In this document: positions 9,483-19,695 of the stretch, one piece after another
Numbering within the stretch: position 1 is the first letter of the stretch
Layout of the letters: every line of letters starts with the position of its first letter
Translations under genes and position numbers: made by a program
Assembly: GCA_038883795.1 (NCBI GenBank)
Contig: JAVZLK010000001.1
Span: 96,001-160,000, forward strand
Reading direction: 5' to 3'
Length of the DNA stretch: 64,000 nucleotides
DNA from: Candidatus Bathyarchaeia archaeon
Lineage (GTDB): Archaea > Thermoproteota > Bathyarchaeia > Bathyarchaeales > Bathycorpusculaceae
The notes under the pieces: generated by a model
What the model was told of the DNA's origin: nothing
Databases searched by the model: none
The model's input: only the letters and a program-made list of their open reading frames with translations

Positions 9483-10709
9483 TTATTCCACTCCAGTGGC
9501 GCCCGTTATCCCCCTTATTCTTTCTACAGCCTTTGGAATTACTTCCAAAACGTAATTTATGTCTTCCCTAGTGTGATACCTCGTAACTTTCATTAGGATG
9601 CTGCCGTGGGCTTCACTGTAAACACGCCCTATTGCGACGAGAACGTGGCTTGGTTGGAGAATTCTTCTGGTGCATGCGCTTCCGCTTGAAACGTAAACGC
9701 CGTTTAGGCTTAGTTCTATTGTTAGGGCTTCTCCTTCGCATCTTAAGAAGCTAATATTCGCATTGTCAGGCGCCCTTTTTTCGCCTCGGGGTCCGTTAAG
9801 CCTGACATCTGTTATTTTCTCAATTATACCGTCAATGAGTTGGTCTCGTAAAGCCCTCATATGCCTCACATTTTCCTCAAAGTTTTGGAAGGCAAGCTCA
9901 GAAGCCCTTGCAAAACCAACAATTAGAGGCGTGTTTTCAATTCCTGGCCAAAGCTTTTGGGTTCCAATTTGCCCTTCCAAAATCCTTTCTAAGTTGACGC
10001 CTTCCTTAACGTATAAGGCGCCTACTCCTCGAGGACCTAAAATTTTGTAGCTGCTTATTGTGGCTAAATCCACTTCTAAGGATTTTATGTCGATGGGAAT
10101 TTTTCCAAAGGCATCTGACATGTCAGAGTGGAAGATTGCTTGTGGATTTTTGTCTTTTACAATTTTTGTGGCTTCTTTTATTGGTTGTATTGTTCCAATT
10201 TCATGGTTTACAGCCGACAAGCTTACGAGGATTGTTTCTTTGTCTATGGCTTCTTTTAGTTTTTCAAGGTTTAGGAAGCCTTCTCTGTCCACTGGGATTT
10301 TGGTTGTTGTGAACCCGTATTTTTGGAGCAGTTCGGTGGTGGTATGCAAAATGCTTAGGGGTTCAATTTCGGAAACCACGATTTTTTTGCCTTTATTTTT
10401 CATGGAAAAAGCGGTTCCAAGAAGCGCCAGATTGTTGGCTTCTGTTTCTCCTGGAGTAAAATTAACCTCCTCAAGGCTTTTACATCCCAAAAAATTGGCA
10501 ATTTTTTGTGCTGACTCCATTATTGTTTCGAAGGCTTCCCATCCTGGTTTATGCGTTAATGTAGGGTTGCCATAAGCCTTTTGGTTAAAGTATGGGAGCA
10601 TGGCTTCCACTATTTCTTTTGGAACCATGCTGGAGTTTTCAATGTCTAGGTAGACTTCCTTTTTTAGTCCTTCATGGGCTTTGAGGAGTTCTCTAACGTT
10701 TTCAATCAT
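9483..10709 (-). CDS. iscS: IscS/NifS-type (group I) cysteine desulfurase-like protein with altered PLP motifs
   Basis: GNP, ETEANNLA, VNHEIGTIQPI, SSYKILGPRGVGAL and SSGSACT. Confidence 0.8.
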   Translation of the reverse strand: MIENVRELLKAHEGLKKEVYLDIENSSMVPKEIVEAMLPYFNQKAYGNPTLTHKPGWEAFETIMESAQKIANFLGCKSLEEVNFTPGETEANNLALLGTAFSMKNKGKKIVVSEIEPLSILHTTTELLQKYGFTTTKIPVDREGFLNLEKLKEAIDKETILVSLSAVNHEIGTIQPIKEATKIVKDKNPQAIFHSDMSDAFGKIPIDIKSLEVDLATISSYKILGPRGVGALYVKEGVNLERILEGQIGTQKLWPGIENTPLIVGFARASELAFQNFEENVRHMRALRDQLIDGIIEKITDVRLNGPRGEKRAPDNANISFLRCEGEALTIELSLNGVYVSSGSACTRRILQPSHVLVAIGRVYSEAHGSILMKVTRYHTREDINYVLEVIPKAVERIRGITGATGVE

Positions 10710-10915
10710 AACCTTTCAAGTCCTATTTTTCAACAATCTATTAAGTTTTAGCTTATAGAAAAAGGTATTCAACTAGCTTCCATAAGGTTTGCAACATTTT
10801 TTGGCTTGTTTTTCAACCAATAGTGATAGCCTCTCTATAGATTTCTGCGTTTCACGTAACGCTTTAAATTAGCGGTGCGTTTATTGTGCTGTAGGAAAGA
10901 GATAGGCGTATTCAA

Positions 10916-13147
10916 GTGAAGATTGTAGATTTGCTAATTCCAGAGTCTGTTAAGGAAATTCTAATCAGGTCTGGAATTGTGGAGCTTTATCCACCACAAG
11001 AAGAAGCCATAAAAGCCGGCGCCCTTGAGGGACGAAACCTTGTTTTGGCAAGTCCAACGGCTTCTGGAAAAACTTTGGTGGCGGAATTTTGCGCCTTAAA
11101 GCATATTCTGGAGAAAAATGGAAAAGTCATTTACTTAACGCCTTTAAGGGCTTTGGCTAACGAAAAATTTGACGAATTCAAAAAATACACCGCTATAAAA
11201 AAAGACGATGGCAAACGCTTGAGAGTGGGCATAAGCACGGGCGACTTTGACAGCAGCGACCCATGGCTAGAGCGCTATGACATAATCATAACCACAAACG
11301 AGAAGGCTGACTCGCTTTTGAGGCACAGAGCCAAATGGATGGATGAAATTTCGCTTGTTGTTGCTGATGAAGTGCACTTGTTAAATGATGCTGAGCGCGG
11401 ACCAACTTTAGAAGTGGTTTTGGCAAGGCTTATGCAAATTAACCCAGACATACAAGTTTTGGCTTTAAGCGCCACAATAAACAATGTCCAAGAAATAGCC
11501 GAATGGCTTAAGGCTGATTATGTCGCAACAGAGTGGAGACCAATACTTCTAAAGGAAGGCGTCCTCCTACACGAAGAAATCCAGTTTAAAGATGGAGACG
11601 CCCGCAAAATAGAAAAGGAAACCAGGAATCCAGCCATAAACTTAGCATTAAACACGGTAAAGTCTGGCGGTCAAGCATTAATTTTTGCTGCAACCCGCAA
11701 AAACGCAGTTATGCTGGCAAAAAAAGTCGCGGGCGAAATCGAACAAGTTTTGTCTAAACCAATAAAACGTGCCTTGGAACATGAGGCAGAAAGGATTCTG
11801 GCGGCAGGCGAAAAAACCAGAATAAGTGAATTGCTTGCTGAACTCGTTAAACGGGGCACAGCCTTCCATCATGCTGGCTTGGGCGGAAACCACCGCAAAT
11901 TAATAGAGGATTCTTTCCGAGAGGGAAAAATTAAGGTTTTAACTGCTACGCCAACATTGGCTTTCGGCGTGAACTTGCCAGCAAGAACAGTCGTAATCCA
12001 AGATTATAGACGCTACGAGCCTGGATATGGCTACTATCCAATAAGCGTTTTAGAATACAAACAAATGGCTGGCAGAGCTGGAAGACCAAAATACGACAAG
12101 GTCGGCGAAGCCATACTCATAGCCAAAACCGCAGATGAATCAGACTATTTAATGGAAAGCTACATCCTAGCAAAACCAGAACGCATATGGTCCAGATTGG
12201 CTGTTGAAAGAATCTTGAGGTCTCACGTTTTAGCAACGATTGCGGCAGATTTTGCCCACACAGAACAAGGAATATACGACTTTTTTGGAAGAACCTTTTA
12301 TGCCTATCAATATGAAACAGGCACCATTAAGGGCATAATAGCAAAAATTCTCAAGTACCTTTATGATGAAGAAATGATTGACGTTAGCGGAGAAAACATT
12401 TACGCAACAAAATTCGGAAAGCGAGTTAGCGAATTATACATAGACCCAGTTTCAGCAGTTATAATACGCAATGCGCTAAGAAGGAGACCAGCATACATAA
12501 CGGACTTAAGCCTCCTCCACATGATTGCCCATACGCCAGACATGGGTCCAATAATGAGACCCTACTCCCGCGAATTAGACGTGATAGCCCTTTTCATGGA
12601 AGAACACAAACCAGAGTTTCTGGTAGAAGTGCCAGACGAGTGGGAGGATCGCATAGCATACGAACAATTCTTAGGCGAAGTAAAAACAGCCATGATTTTA
12701 AACGGTTGGATTGAGGAGATGACGGAAGACGAAATAATCGAGAGATTCAGAACGCAACCAGGCGACTTATACAGAATAATTGAAAATGCAAAATGGCTCC
12801 TATACGCAACGCATGAACTGGCATCACTTTTTGGCAACAAAGAAATCCTACCAAAAACAGCAGAACTCATGGAAAGAGTCGAAAAGGGAGTAAAGAAAGA
12901 ACTGCTGCCCATAGTTAAACTGGAAGGCGTCGGCAGAATCCGCGGACGCATACTATACAATTCTGGATACAAAACAATAGAAGACATAAAACTCGCATCC
13001 ATAGAAGACCTAATGAACCTACCGCTAATCGGACCAAAACTGGCAAAGAAAATAAAAGAACAAGTGGGCGGCTTCGTGAAAAAGGAAACATGGGAAAAAC
13101 TTGAAAAAGAAGAAGTATGGAAACAGAAGGCTTTAACAGAATATTAG
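10916..13147 (+). CDS. hel308: Ski2-like ATP-dependent DNA helicase Hel308/Hjm
   Basis: PTASGKT, DEVH, LSAT, FHHAGL, TPTLAFGVNLPA and QMAGRAGRP; C-terminal HhH (GVGRIRGRILY). Confidence 0.93.
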   Translation: MKIVDLLIPESVKEILIRSGIVELYPPQEEAIKAGALEGRNLVLASPTASGKTLVAEFCALKHILEKNGKVIYLTPLRALANEKFDEFKKYTAIKKDDGKRLRVGISTGDFDSSDPWLERYDIIITTNEKADSLLRHRAKWMDEISLVVADEVHLLNDAERGPTLEVVLARLMQINPDIQVLALSATINNVQEIAEWLKADYVATEWRPILLKEGVLLHEEIQFKDGDARKIEKETRNPAINLALNTVKSGGQALIFAATRKNAVMLAKKVAGEIEQVLSKPIKRALEHEAERILAAGEKTRISELLAELVKRGTAFHHAGLGGNHRKLIEDSFREGKIKVLTATPTLAFGVNLPARTVVIQDYRRYEPGYGYYPISVLEYKQMAGRAGRPKYDKVGEAILIAKTADESDYLMESYILAKPERIWSRLAVERILRSHVLATIAADFAHTEQGIYDFFGRTFYAYQYETGTIKGIIAKILKYLYDEEMIDVSGENIYATKFGKRVSELYIDPVSAVIIRNALRRRPAYITDLSLLHMIAHTPDMGPIMRPYSRELDVIALFMEEHKPEFLVEVPDEWEDRIAYEQFLGEVKTAMILNGWIEEMTEDEIIERFRTQPGDLYRIIENAKWLLYATHELASLFGNKEILPKTAELMERVEKGVKKELLPIVKLEGVGRIRGRILYNSGYKTIEDIKLASIEDLMNLPLIGPKLAKKIKEQVGGFVKKETWEKLEKEEVWKQKALTEY

Positions 13148-14511
13148 GCTAAACCCCGAGCTTTACGCTCCCTTAACGTCTTTTTAACCATCAAAACAAC
13201 TTGTTTTTTGGCTGTCCCAAGATAATTCTTCGGCTTCAAAGCCTCAGCAATTTCTTTCTCGCTTAATTTACTACTTACAATTTTGTCTTCTAAGAGAACT
13301 TCTTTGAAATTTCGTTTTTCTGTTTCGCTTTTTATGGTTAATTTTCTGAGCAGTTCGTGGGCTTCTTGGCGGTCCATGCCCTTCCGTGTTAATGCAATCA
13401 TAACCGCCTCAGACATGGCACGCCCCTGTGTTAATTCAATGTTTTTAAGCATTCTTTCTTCGTCAACACATAAATTAGCCACAATATTAGTCATTAAGAA
13501 AAGCATGTAATCAACCAAAATGCACACTTCGGGGATTATGAAACGCTCTGCTGAGGATTGCGTTAAATCCCGCTCATGCCAAGTCACAACATCCTCTAGG
13601 GCTGGAACAACAAGGCTTCGGACAATTCTTGCTAAGCCGCAAATTCTTTCGCATGTTTCCGGATTCCGCTTATGAGGCATTGTTGAACTTCCAACCTGCC
13701 TTTCCACTTCAAAAGGCTCAAAAAGTTCGCCAATTTCTGGTCTTTGCAGTTCCCGAATTTCTGTGGCAAAATTTTCAAGAGACGAAGCAATCAAGGCTAA
13801 TAAACATACGAGTTCCGCATGGCGGTCCCTCTGCACAATCTGCGTTGAAATATCAGCCGCTTTAATGCCAAGCCTCTGCATCACAAGCTCCTGAATTTGC
13901 ATAGCGTTAACGCCCAAACCAGCTTGGGTTCCCACAGCCCCACTCATTTTACCAACCAAAACCCGCTCTCGACATTGTCTGACTCTTTGAATGTGACGTG
14001 AAACTTCGCGCATCCAAACAGCAAACTTAAAGCCCAAAGTTATGGGTAAAGCATGTTGTCCATGTGTTCTGCCCATCATTAATGTATTTTTATGCTGCAA
14101 AGCCTTTTCCATCAAAACCTTTTCAAACTCATCCAAACGTTTCTCAATTAACCCTAACGCATCTTTTAGCTGGAGGGCTATTGCTGTATCCACAATATCA
14201 TAGCTTGTAGCTCCGAGGTGAACGTAAGCTCCGCTTGGTCCACACGCCTCTGCTAAGGCTCTAACCAAGGCTGCAACATCATGCTTTATCTCACGCTCAA
14301 TCTCCTTTATCCTACTTAATTTAACATGCTCTATGGACGCTGTAGCCGCAATTTTTTCAGCATCCTTTCTCGGTATGTTTCCAATTTCAGCATGCGCCAA
14401 AGCCAAAGCCGCTTCCACATCAAGCATTTTTTGGACACGCGCCTCTTCTTCAAAGATTTTTCGCATTTCAGCAGTTCCGTAACGACCAGTGTCGATGGGA
14501 AGAATTGGCAA
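13144..14511 (-). CDS. purB: Adenylosuccinate lyase; start reassigned to TTG 14511 (MPILPIDTGRYG)
   Basis: HLGATSYD, GRTHGQHA and signature GSSTMPHKRNP. Confidence 0.92.
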   Translation of the reverse strand: MPILPIDTGRYGTAEMRKIFEEEARVQKMLDVEAALALAHAEIGNIPRKDAEKIAATASIEHVKLSRIKEIEREIKHDVAALVRALAEACGPSGAYVHLGATSYDIVDTAIALQLKDALGLIEKRLDEFEKVLMEKALQHKNTLMMGRTHGQHALPITLGFKFAVWMREVSRHIQRVRQCRERVLVGKMSGAVGTQAGLGVNAMQIQELVMQRLGIKAADISTQIVQRDRHAELVCLLALIASSLENFATEIRELQRPEIGELFEPFEVERQVGSSTMPHKRNPETCERICGLARIVRSLVVPALEDVVTWHERDLTQSSAERFIIPEVCILVDYMLFLMTNIVANLCVDEERMLKNIELTQGRAMSEAVMIALTRKGMDRQEAHELLRKLTIKSETEKRNFKEVLLEDKIVSSKLSEKEIAEALKPKNYLGTAKKQVVLMVKKTLRERKARGLA

Positions 14512-14578
14512 ATCCTTTATCCCTCGCAAGAAAATAATGCGATTAGAGATAAATGCCTTACCAAAAGGACTCAACAAC

Positions 14579-16036
14579 ATGGGAGCAATAATAGCCGTAC
14601 TAAACAAAAAAGACGATAACGCAAAAGAAGTAGCTGTTGCCATGCTAAAAACTTTAAGCATCGATAAATGCGCAGAAGCCTTTGGAATAGCATCACCACA
14701 AAATTTGGAAATAGAAAAATCCGTTGAAGCATTACGAGACAAGCCAATAAAATCACCCGTAGTAATTGGATACGCATTCTCAAAAATCTTGGCATCAGAC
14801 AAACCTCAACCAACAATGCTGAAACATGCAACGCTTGTTTTTGATGGAAGACTATACCCGAGTACCGCAGACACTTCGGACGTGAAGATTGCTGCAGAAA
14901 AACTTCAAAAAAATGAAGAAAACATTGAAGCATTCATACGAAGCGTAGAAGGAGACTTTGCCTTTGTAATAGCTGAACCAAAAAGGCTCGTTGCTGGAAG
15001 AGACATCATGGGGGTTCGTCCGCTTTATTATGGTGAAAGTGCAGATTGTATTGCGTTAGCCTCCGAACGAAAAGCCATATGGAAAATCGGAATAAAAGAT
15101 ACCGCATCTTTTCCACCTGGACATATAGCATTTATCAACAAAAACGGTTTCAAATTTAAACCTGTGAAAACACTTGCCCGCTCAAAGGCAAAACCAATTT
15201 CCATGCAAGAAGCCCTCAAAAAACTTGAAGCCTTATTGCAAAGGTCAGTTGAGGAAAGAGTTTCTGGATTAGGGGAAGTTGCAGTAGCTTTTTCTGGAGG
15301 ATTGGACAGCAGCATAATCGCTCTTCTAGCCAAAAACTCAGGAATAAACGTCAAGCTAATTCACGTAAGCCTAAAAAATCAGCCAGAAACCCAACATGCA
15401 GAAAAGGCGGCAGAAGCGCTGGAACTTCCAATTTATAACTACCTTTATGAAGAGGAAGCGGTAGCAGAAACCCTTCCAAAAGTTCTCTGGCTTATTGAGG
15501 AACCAGACCCCATAAACGTAAGTATAGGCATTCCATTTTGTTGGGTAGCGGAAAAAGCTGCAAAAATGAAGCTTAAAGTATTATTAGCTGGGCAAGGCGC
15601 TGATGAACTATTCGGAGGCTACAGGCGTTACGTAAATGATTATAAGCGATACGGAAGCGAAAGGGTACAAGAAATAATATTTAACGACATTGTCAAAATG
15701 TATGAGAACAATTTGGAAAGGGATTTTAAGATTTGCAACTTCCATAATGTAGAATTGCGTTTACTTTTTGCAACATATTCCATGGCAAAATTTGCCATGT
15801 CTTTATCAGTTGAATTAAAAATTAAGTTAGTAAATGAGGGTATGCGAAAGATTGTGCTTAGGCGTTTTGGCGCAAAACTTGGACTTCCAAGATGGATAAC
15901 TGAAAGGCAAAAGAAAGCGATACAATATGCTACAGGCGTGAATAAAATCCTCAAGAAATTAGCTAATAGTAAGGGATTATCCCAAAAAGCGTACTTACAG
16001 CGAACATTCCAAACTCTTCTAAAAAGGAAGTTGTGA
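14579..16036 (+). CDS. Asparagine synthetase B-like protein lacking the N-terminal nucleophile Cys
   Basis: RDIMGVRPLYY, ASERKA, PP-loop AFSGGLDSS and GQGADELFGGY; N-terminus is MGAIIAV rather than MCG. Confidence 0.8.
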   Translation: MGAIIAVLNKKDDNAKEVAVAMLKTLSIDKCAEAFGIASPQNLEIEKSVEALRDKPIKSPVVIGYAFSKILASDKPQPTMLKHATLVFDGRLYPSTADTSDVKIAAEKLQKNEENIEAFIRSVEGDFAFVIAEPKRLVAGRDIMGVRPLYYGESADCIALASERKAIWKIGIKDTASFPPGHIAFINKNGFKFKPVKTLARSKAKPISMQEALKKLEALLQRSVEERVSGLGEVAVAFSGGLDSSIIALLAKNSGINVKLIHVSLKNQPETQHAEKAAEALELPIYNYLYEEEAVAETLPKVLWLIEEPDPINVSIGIPFCWVAEKAAKMKLKVLLAGQGADELFGGYRRYVNDYKRYGSERVQEIIFNDIVKMYENNLERDFKICNFHNVELRLLFATYSMAKFAMSLSVELKIKLVNEGMRKIVLRRFGAKLGLPRWITERQKKAIQYATGVNKILKKLANSKGLSQKAYLQRTFQTLLKRKL

Positions 16037-16037
16037 A

Positions 16038-17102
16038 ATGGATAAGACTGCGGTTATATTTTCTCCCATATATTATCAGCATAATCCAGGCAGAAACCAT
16101 CCAGAATCAGCAAGGCGCCTCAGCGCCATCATAACCGAATTAAAGAGGGGACAATTATCAAGAAGCAGAAATTGGCAGTTTGCAGAACCAGAAAAAGCCA
16201 GCATAGAACACATCAAACTGATCCACGACATAGAATACATCAGATTCATTGAAAACTTTTGCAACTCTGGAGGAGGACTAATAGACTTGGAAGACACGAT
16301 AGTTTCACGGAAAAGCTTTGAAGTTGCCCTTTACGCTGCTGGTGGAACATTGAAGGCAGTTGACCTTGTCAAGGAGGGCAAGTTTGAAAATGCTTTTGCT
16401 GTGGTTCGCCCTCCTGGTCATCATGCAGAAAAGTTTCGTGCTTTTGGCTTTTGCATATTCAACAATGTTGCCATAGCCGCAAAATACTTGCTTAAAAATT
16501 TTGGTTTAAAAAGAATCGCCATTCTGGATATTGATGCACACCATGGAAATGGCACGCAGGAGAGTTTCTATCAAACAGACGAAGTTTTATACATAAGCCT
16601 ACATCAAGATCCCAGCATCTTTCCGGGAACAGGATTTGTTGATGAAATAGGAGAGGACAAAGGTTTAGGCTTTAATGTGAATATTCCGCTTCCCTTTTGG
16701 ACGGGTGACCGCGTATATTTGAAGGCGTTGAGGGAGATTGCTGTGCCAATAATACGGGAATACAAACCACAATTCATGCTTGTGTCGGCTGGTTTAGATG
16801 GTCATTACACAGACCCCGTTGGTAACCTTTCTCTTTCTGTATTGTGTTATCAAGAAATTTTTGAAACGATAGTTAACTTGGCATCGGAAATGTGCCATGG
16901 AAAGCTTGTGTCTGTTTTAGAAGGAGGCTACAGCCGCAAATTTGTTGGAAAAATAGCTGCAGCAGCCATTGCAAAAATGAGTGGAACATTTTACAGCATA
17001 AATGATAAGGCTCCACCAACCAGCAAGCACAACGAAAGAAAAGGCGAAAAAGTCATAAGCGAAATTAAGAAAGCACAGAGCAGCTTTTGGCGTTTAAATT
17101 AG
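16038..17102 (+). CDS. Histone deacetylase / acetylpolyamine amidohydrolase family protein
   Basis: HPESARRL, RPPGHHA, GFCIFNNVA, DIDAHHGNGTQ, SAGLD and LEGGY. Confidence 0.9.
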   Translation: MDKTAVIFSPIYYQHNPGRNHPESARRLSAIITELKRGQLSRSRNWQFAEPEKASIEHIKLIHDIEYIRFIENFCNSGGGLIDLEDTIVSRKSFEVALYAAGGTLKAVDLVKEGKFENAFAVVRPPGHHAEKFRAFGFCIFNNVAIAAKYLLKNFGLKRIAILDIDAHHGNGTQESFYQTDEVLYISLHQDPSIFPGTGFVDEIGEDKGLGFNVNIPLPFWTGDRVYLKALREIAVPIIREYKPQFMLVSAGLDGHYTDPVGNLSLSVLCYQEIFETIVNLASEMCHGKLVSVLEGGYSRKFVGKIAAAAIAKMSGTFYSINDKAPPTSKHNERKGEKVISEIKKAQSSFWRLN

Positions 17103-17136
17103 AAAATTAAAAGCGCATGTTAGAAATGGTTAACCC

Positions 17137-17319
17137 TTATTCTATCACTTGAATTGCACTTTCTGGACATTGAGCCTCGCATGCCCTGCAAACCAAACAT
17201 TCTTCAGGTTTAACTGGAACGGACTTTCCGTCTCTAATCTCGTAGACACCTACTGGGCATGTGTCTACGCAGGTGCCGCATCCTGTACATTTGTGATTGT
17301 CAACTACTATTTTCACCAT
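17137..17319 (-). CDS. 2[4Fe-4S] ferredoxin
   Basis: CTGCGTCVDTCP and CLVCRACEAQCP; GGAGGAG ribosome-binding site. Confidence 0.92.
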   Translation of the reverse strand: MVKIVVDNHKCTGCGTCVDTCPVGVYEIRDGKSVPVKPEECLVCRACEAQCPESAIQVIE

Positions 17320-17385
17320 ATGAGCTCCTCCTTTCTAACTAGATTTTCATTGAATGCAAAGCAGTAGAATAAAAGCCTTTTGGGG

Positions 17386-19125
17386 TCATCTGGCGGTTTC
17401 TTCACGTAATCTTAACAGAATTCCGTTAATGGTGGTCTCAGCCCGCTCTTTTCTGCGTTGATAATCAGCAAAAAGCTTTCGGTAAGCCTCCAATGAAAGT
17501 TCGCCTCGGCTGTGACGAGCTTCTATGCTTCTGCTACTGGCTTCAACCTCGTTTATTTCGGTTTCCGCAACCTCAAGCTGCCGCATCAAATCCGCATACA
17601 AACCACCGGCCGCACGCAGTCTTTCCTTATATTCCGCCAAACTCTTAGACAAACTATTGAGGCGAGTTTCCAGAGTTTTTCTCAACACTTTATATCGACG
17701 CCTAGGAATCTTTCCCTTACGTACTCTAGTTTCCAACGTTTCCAATTCCAATGTTATTTTTCTTTTTTCTTCATAGGCGCTTACGAAAGATTTAATGTAT
17801 TCTGGGCGAAGCCTTACGGCTGCCGCTGGTACAGGAGCTGCAACTCGGACGGCGGCGGCTTTTGACTTTTTCCAAAGGGCGCCCACTGTTACTCCGAAAA
17901 CGGCTAAAGCCCAAATCATTAATGTGGGACGAAAAGCCAACCATAAGGGATTAAATTCATAGGCAATTCGCAAAACATTTTGTAAGGGAAGAACGCTTTC
18001 TAGATACGTAACCTTTTCTTTGTTTATGGTTATTGTTTCTTGGAAAATGCTTCTTGACAAGTAGCAAGAACCAACGGTTAAAACATTTTCAGACGTCAAA
18101 ATTCGTGCACCCTCTGGCAAAGTAAAACTCACAGAGGCTGCTTCCACATAACAATTCATATCATTAAGTAAAAGAGATGACGCATTGAAACTGTTAGCGC
18201 CTTCTTGTGTGCTAAGGTAAACTTGGCTTGGCAAAGAATATTTTATAGAAAACCTTGTAGACCTATAGCTTTCCAGTTGCAAAGAAAACGTAACCTTATA
18301 AAGATTCTTTTCCCTATCAACCACTTCCACATCTGACATTTTTCTCCCAAACTCATCATACGCAATTGGATTGGTAACGTTTGGGGGCAAAACCACTTCC
18401 ACATAGCCGATTTTGCTAGGTGATTTACTTGAAATGTAATAGCTATCTGTGCCTTCGATCTCGCCTAAACCGCCTATCCAAACTTCACGTTTCAATTCTT
18501 TCACATCAAACAGCCGCAGCTTATCACCAGCATAGGAGAATGCCAAATTTGCAGGTGAAAAAGTGAAGGCAGAAAGTTCTCTAGAATAAGTTGAAGCATT
18601 AACAATCCCATCATCCTTTACAACCCTCACATCACTTGCACCTAGCGGCAGAACAATTGAAACACTACAGTTGCCCACGTTTTCTGTAAAGGCAGGATAA
18701 GCTGGAAAATCCAATGTATAAACTGATTCCGAAACTGTGAGGAGGTCATTTGAAAGCACAAAGGCGACGGTGAAAACTTGCGCTCCTTGTGAAAAGTCTA
18801 TTTCAACACCATAAAAGCCGATTCTATTTCCTAAGGGTACGTTAAGTTTTACTGGAAAGATTTTATTCGAGTCGTAGGCTACGCATCTTAGGATATGTGA
18901 ACCATATTTGTATGGAAACCCCATGACAAAGCTAGGAGTGAATGTTTGTTCGGATAGTTCGATGGTGTCGTTTATTATAATGTGGCCATTATACAAAATT
19001 TCAACAGTATGGTCAACTTTTGTTATGCTGTAAGTTTGAGCCCATGTGAATTTAATATTCAGTGAAAGGGAAGCAATAAAAATTAGAACAGCTATTATCG
19101 CAAGCATTGAAGACTTCTTCCTCAT
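17386..19125 (-). CDS. Type I membrane protein, ribophorin I (RPN1/Ost1)-like; start ATG 19125
   Basis: Signal peptide, two beta-rich ectodomains (VVLPPNVTNPIAYDEFG; IKYSLPS; FTLPEGA), a single TM helix and a C-terminal helical bundle. Confidence 0.6.
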   Translation of the reverse strand: MRKKSSMLAIIAVLIFIASLSLNIKFTWAQTYSITKVDHTVEILYNGHIIINDTIELSEQTFTPSFVMGFPYKYGSHILRCVAYDSNKIFPVKLNVPLGNRIGFYGVEIDFSQGAQVFTVAFVLSNDLLTVSESVYTLDFPAYPAFTENVGNCSVSIVLPLGASDVRVVKDDGIVNASTYSRELSAFTFSPANLAFSYAGDKLRLFDVKELKREVWIGGLGEIEGTDSYYISSKSPSKIGYVEVVLPPNVTNPIAYDEFGRKMSDVEVVDREKNLYKVTFSLQLESYRSTRFSIKYSLPSQVYLSTQEGANSFNASSLLLNDMNCYVEAASVSFTLPEGARILTSENVLTVGSCYLSRSIFQETITINKEKVTYLESVLPLQNVLRIAYEFNPLWLAFRPTLMIWALAVFGVTVGALWKKSKAAAVRVAAPVPAAAVRLRPEYIKSFVSAYEEKRKITLELETLETRVRKGKIPRRRYKVLRKTLETRLNSLSKSLAEYKERLRAAGGLYADLMRQLEVAETEINEVEASSRSIEARHSRGELSLEAYRKLFADYQRRKERAETTINGILLRLREETAR

Positions 19126-19262
19126 AGGGCTTCCTCCACGATGTTGCAAGTTTTAGGCTTTTATTTAATAATAAGCCTATTTATTTACTTTTACGAATAG
19201 CGCCACCTTGTTCCATGCATTTAGGATAGAATACGAAGAGAAAACAGCTTATGGTTTAAGTG

Positions 19263-19610
19263 CTAACGTGGTTCACCATGTTTAAAGTAATAATTCTCCT
19301 CTTTTTTGGGTCCAAAACTTCTTACGCCCTTCTCTCTTAGTTGTTTTCTAAGCTTTTTGGCATATTGCCTTTCTATTTCGCCTCTCTTCTCCATAAAATC
19401 TATTATCTCTTTTGCTTGCTCTTCGGTATCACATCGCCTAATGAAATCTATTACGTCTGGCATGTAATGGGCGAATCGTTGAGTAGAAGCCCTTTCTCCG
19501 GTTTGAATGTCTGTTCGCACAGAGTTTATTGAAACCTTATGCTCGTTGGATTCTAGTTCTTTGGCTAAGTTTGGAAAAAGTTTTTTGAACGTTTCTTTGT
19601 CGAATTCCAC
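19263..19610 (-). CDS. Conserved archaeal DUF2095-family protein
   Basis: FKKLFPNLAKEL, YMPDVIDFIRRCDTEEQA and GVRSFGPKKEENYY. Confidence 0.75.
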   Translation of the reverse strand: MEFDKETFKKLFPNLAKELESNEHKVSINSVRTDIQTGERASTQRFAHYMPDVIDFIRRCDTEEQAKEIIDFMEKRGEIERQYAKKLRKQLREKGVRSFGPKKEENYYFKHGEPR

Positions 19611-19695
19611 AATTGCACCTTCAACCGTGCTCGCATATCTGATTTTATGTAAGAAAAACCAGATATTTAAGCCTCTTCAAAATTTAGACAAAAAT

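Noticed and set aside
14489-14802. Apparent 300-bp antisense overlap of purB and the asnB-like ORF
   Set aside because: Artefact of longest-ORF calling. Family-typical N-termini start at 14511 (-) and 14579 (+), leaving a normal divergent gap.
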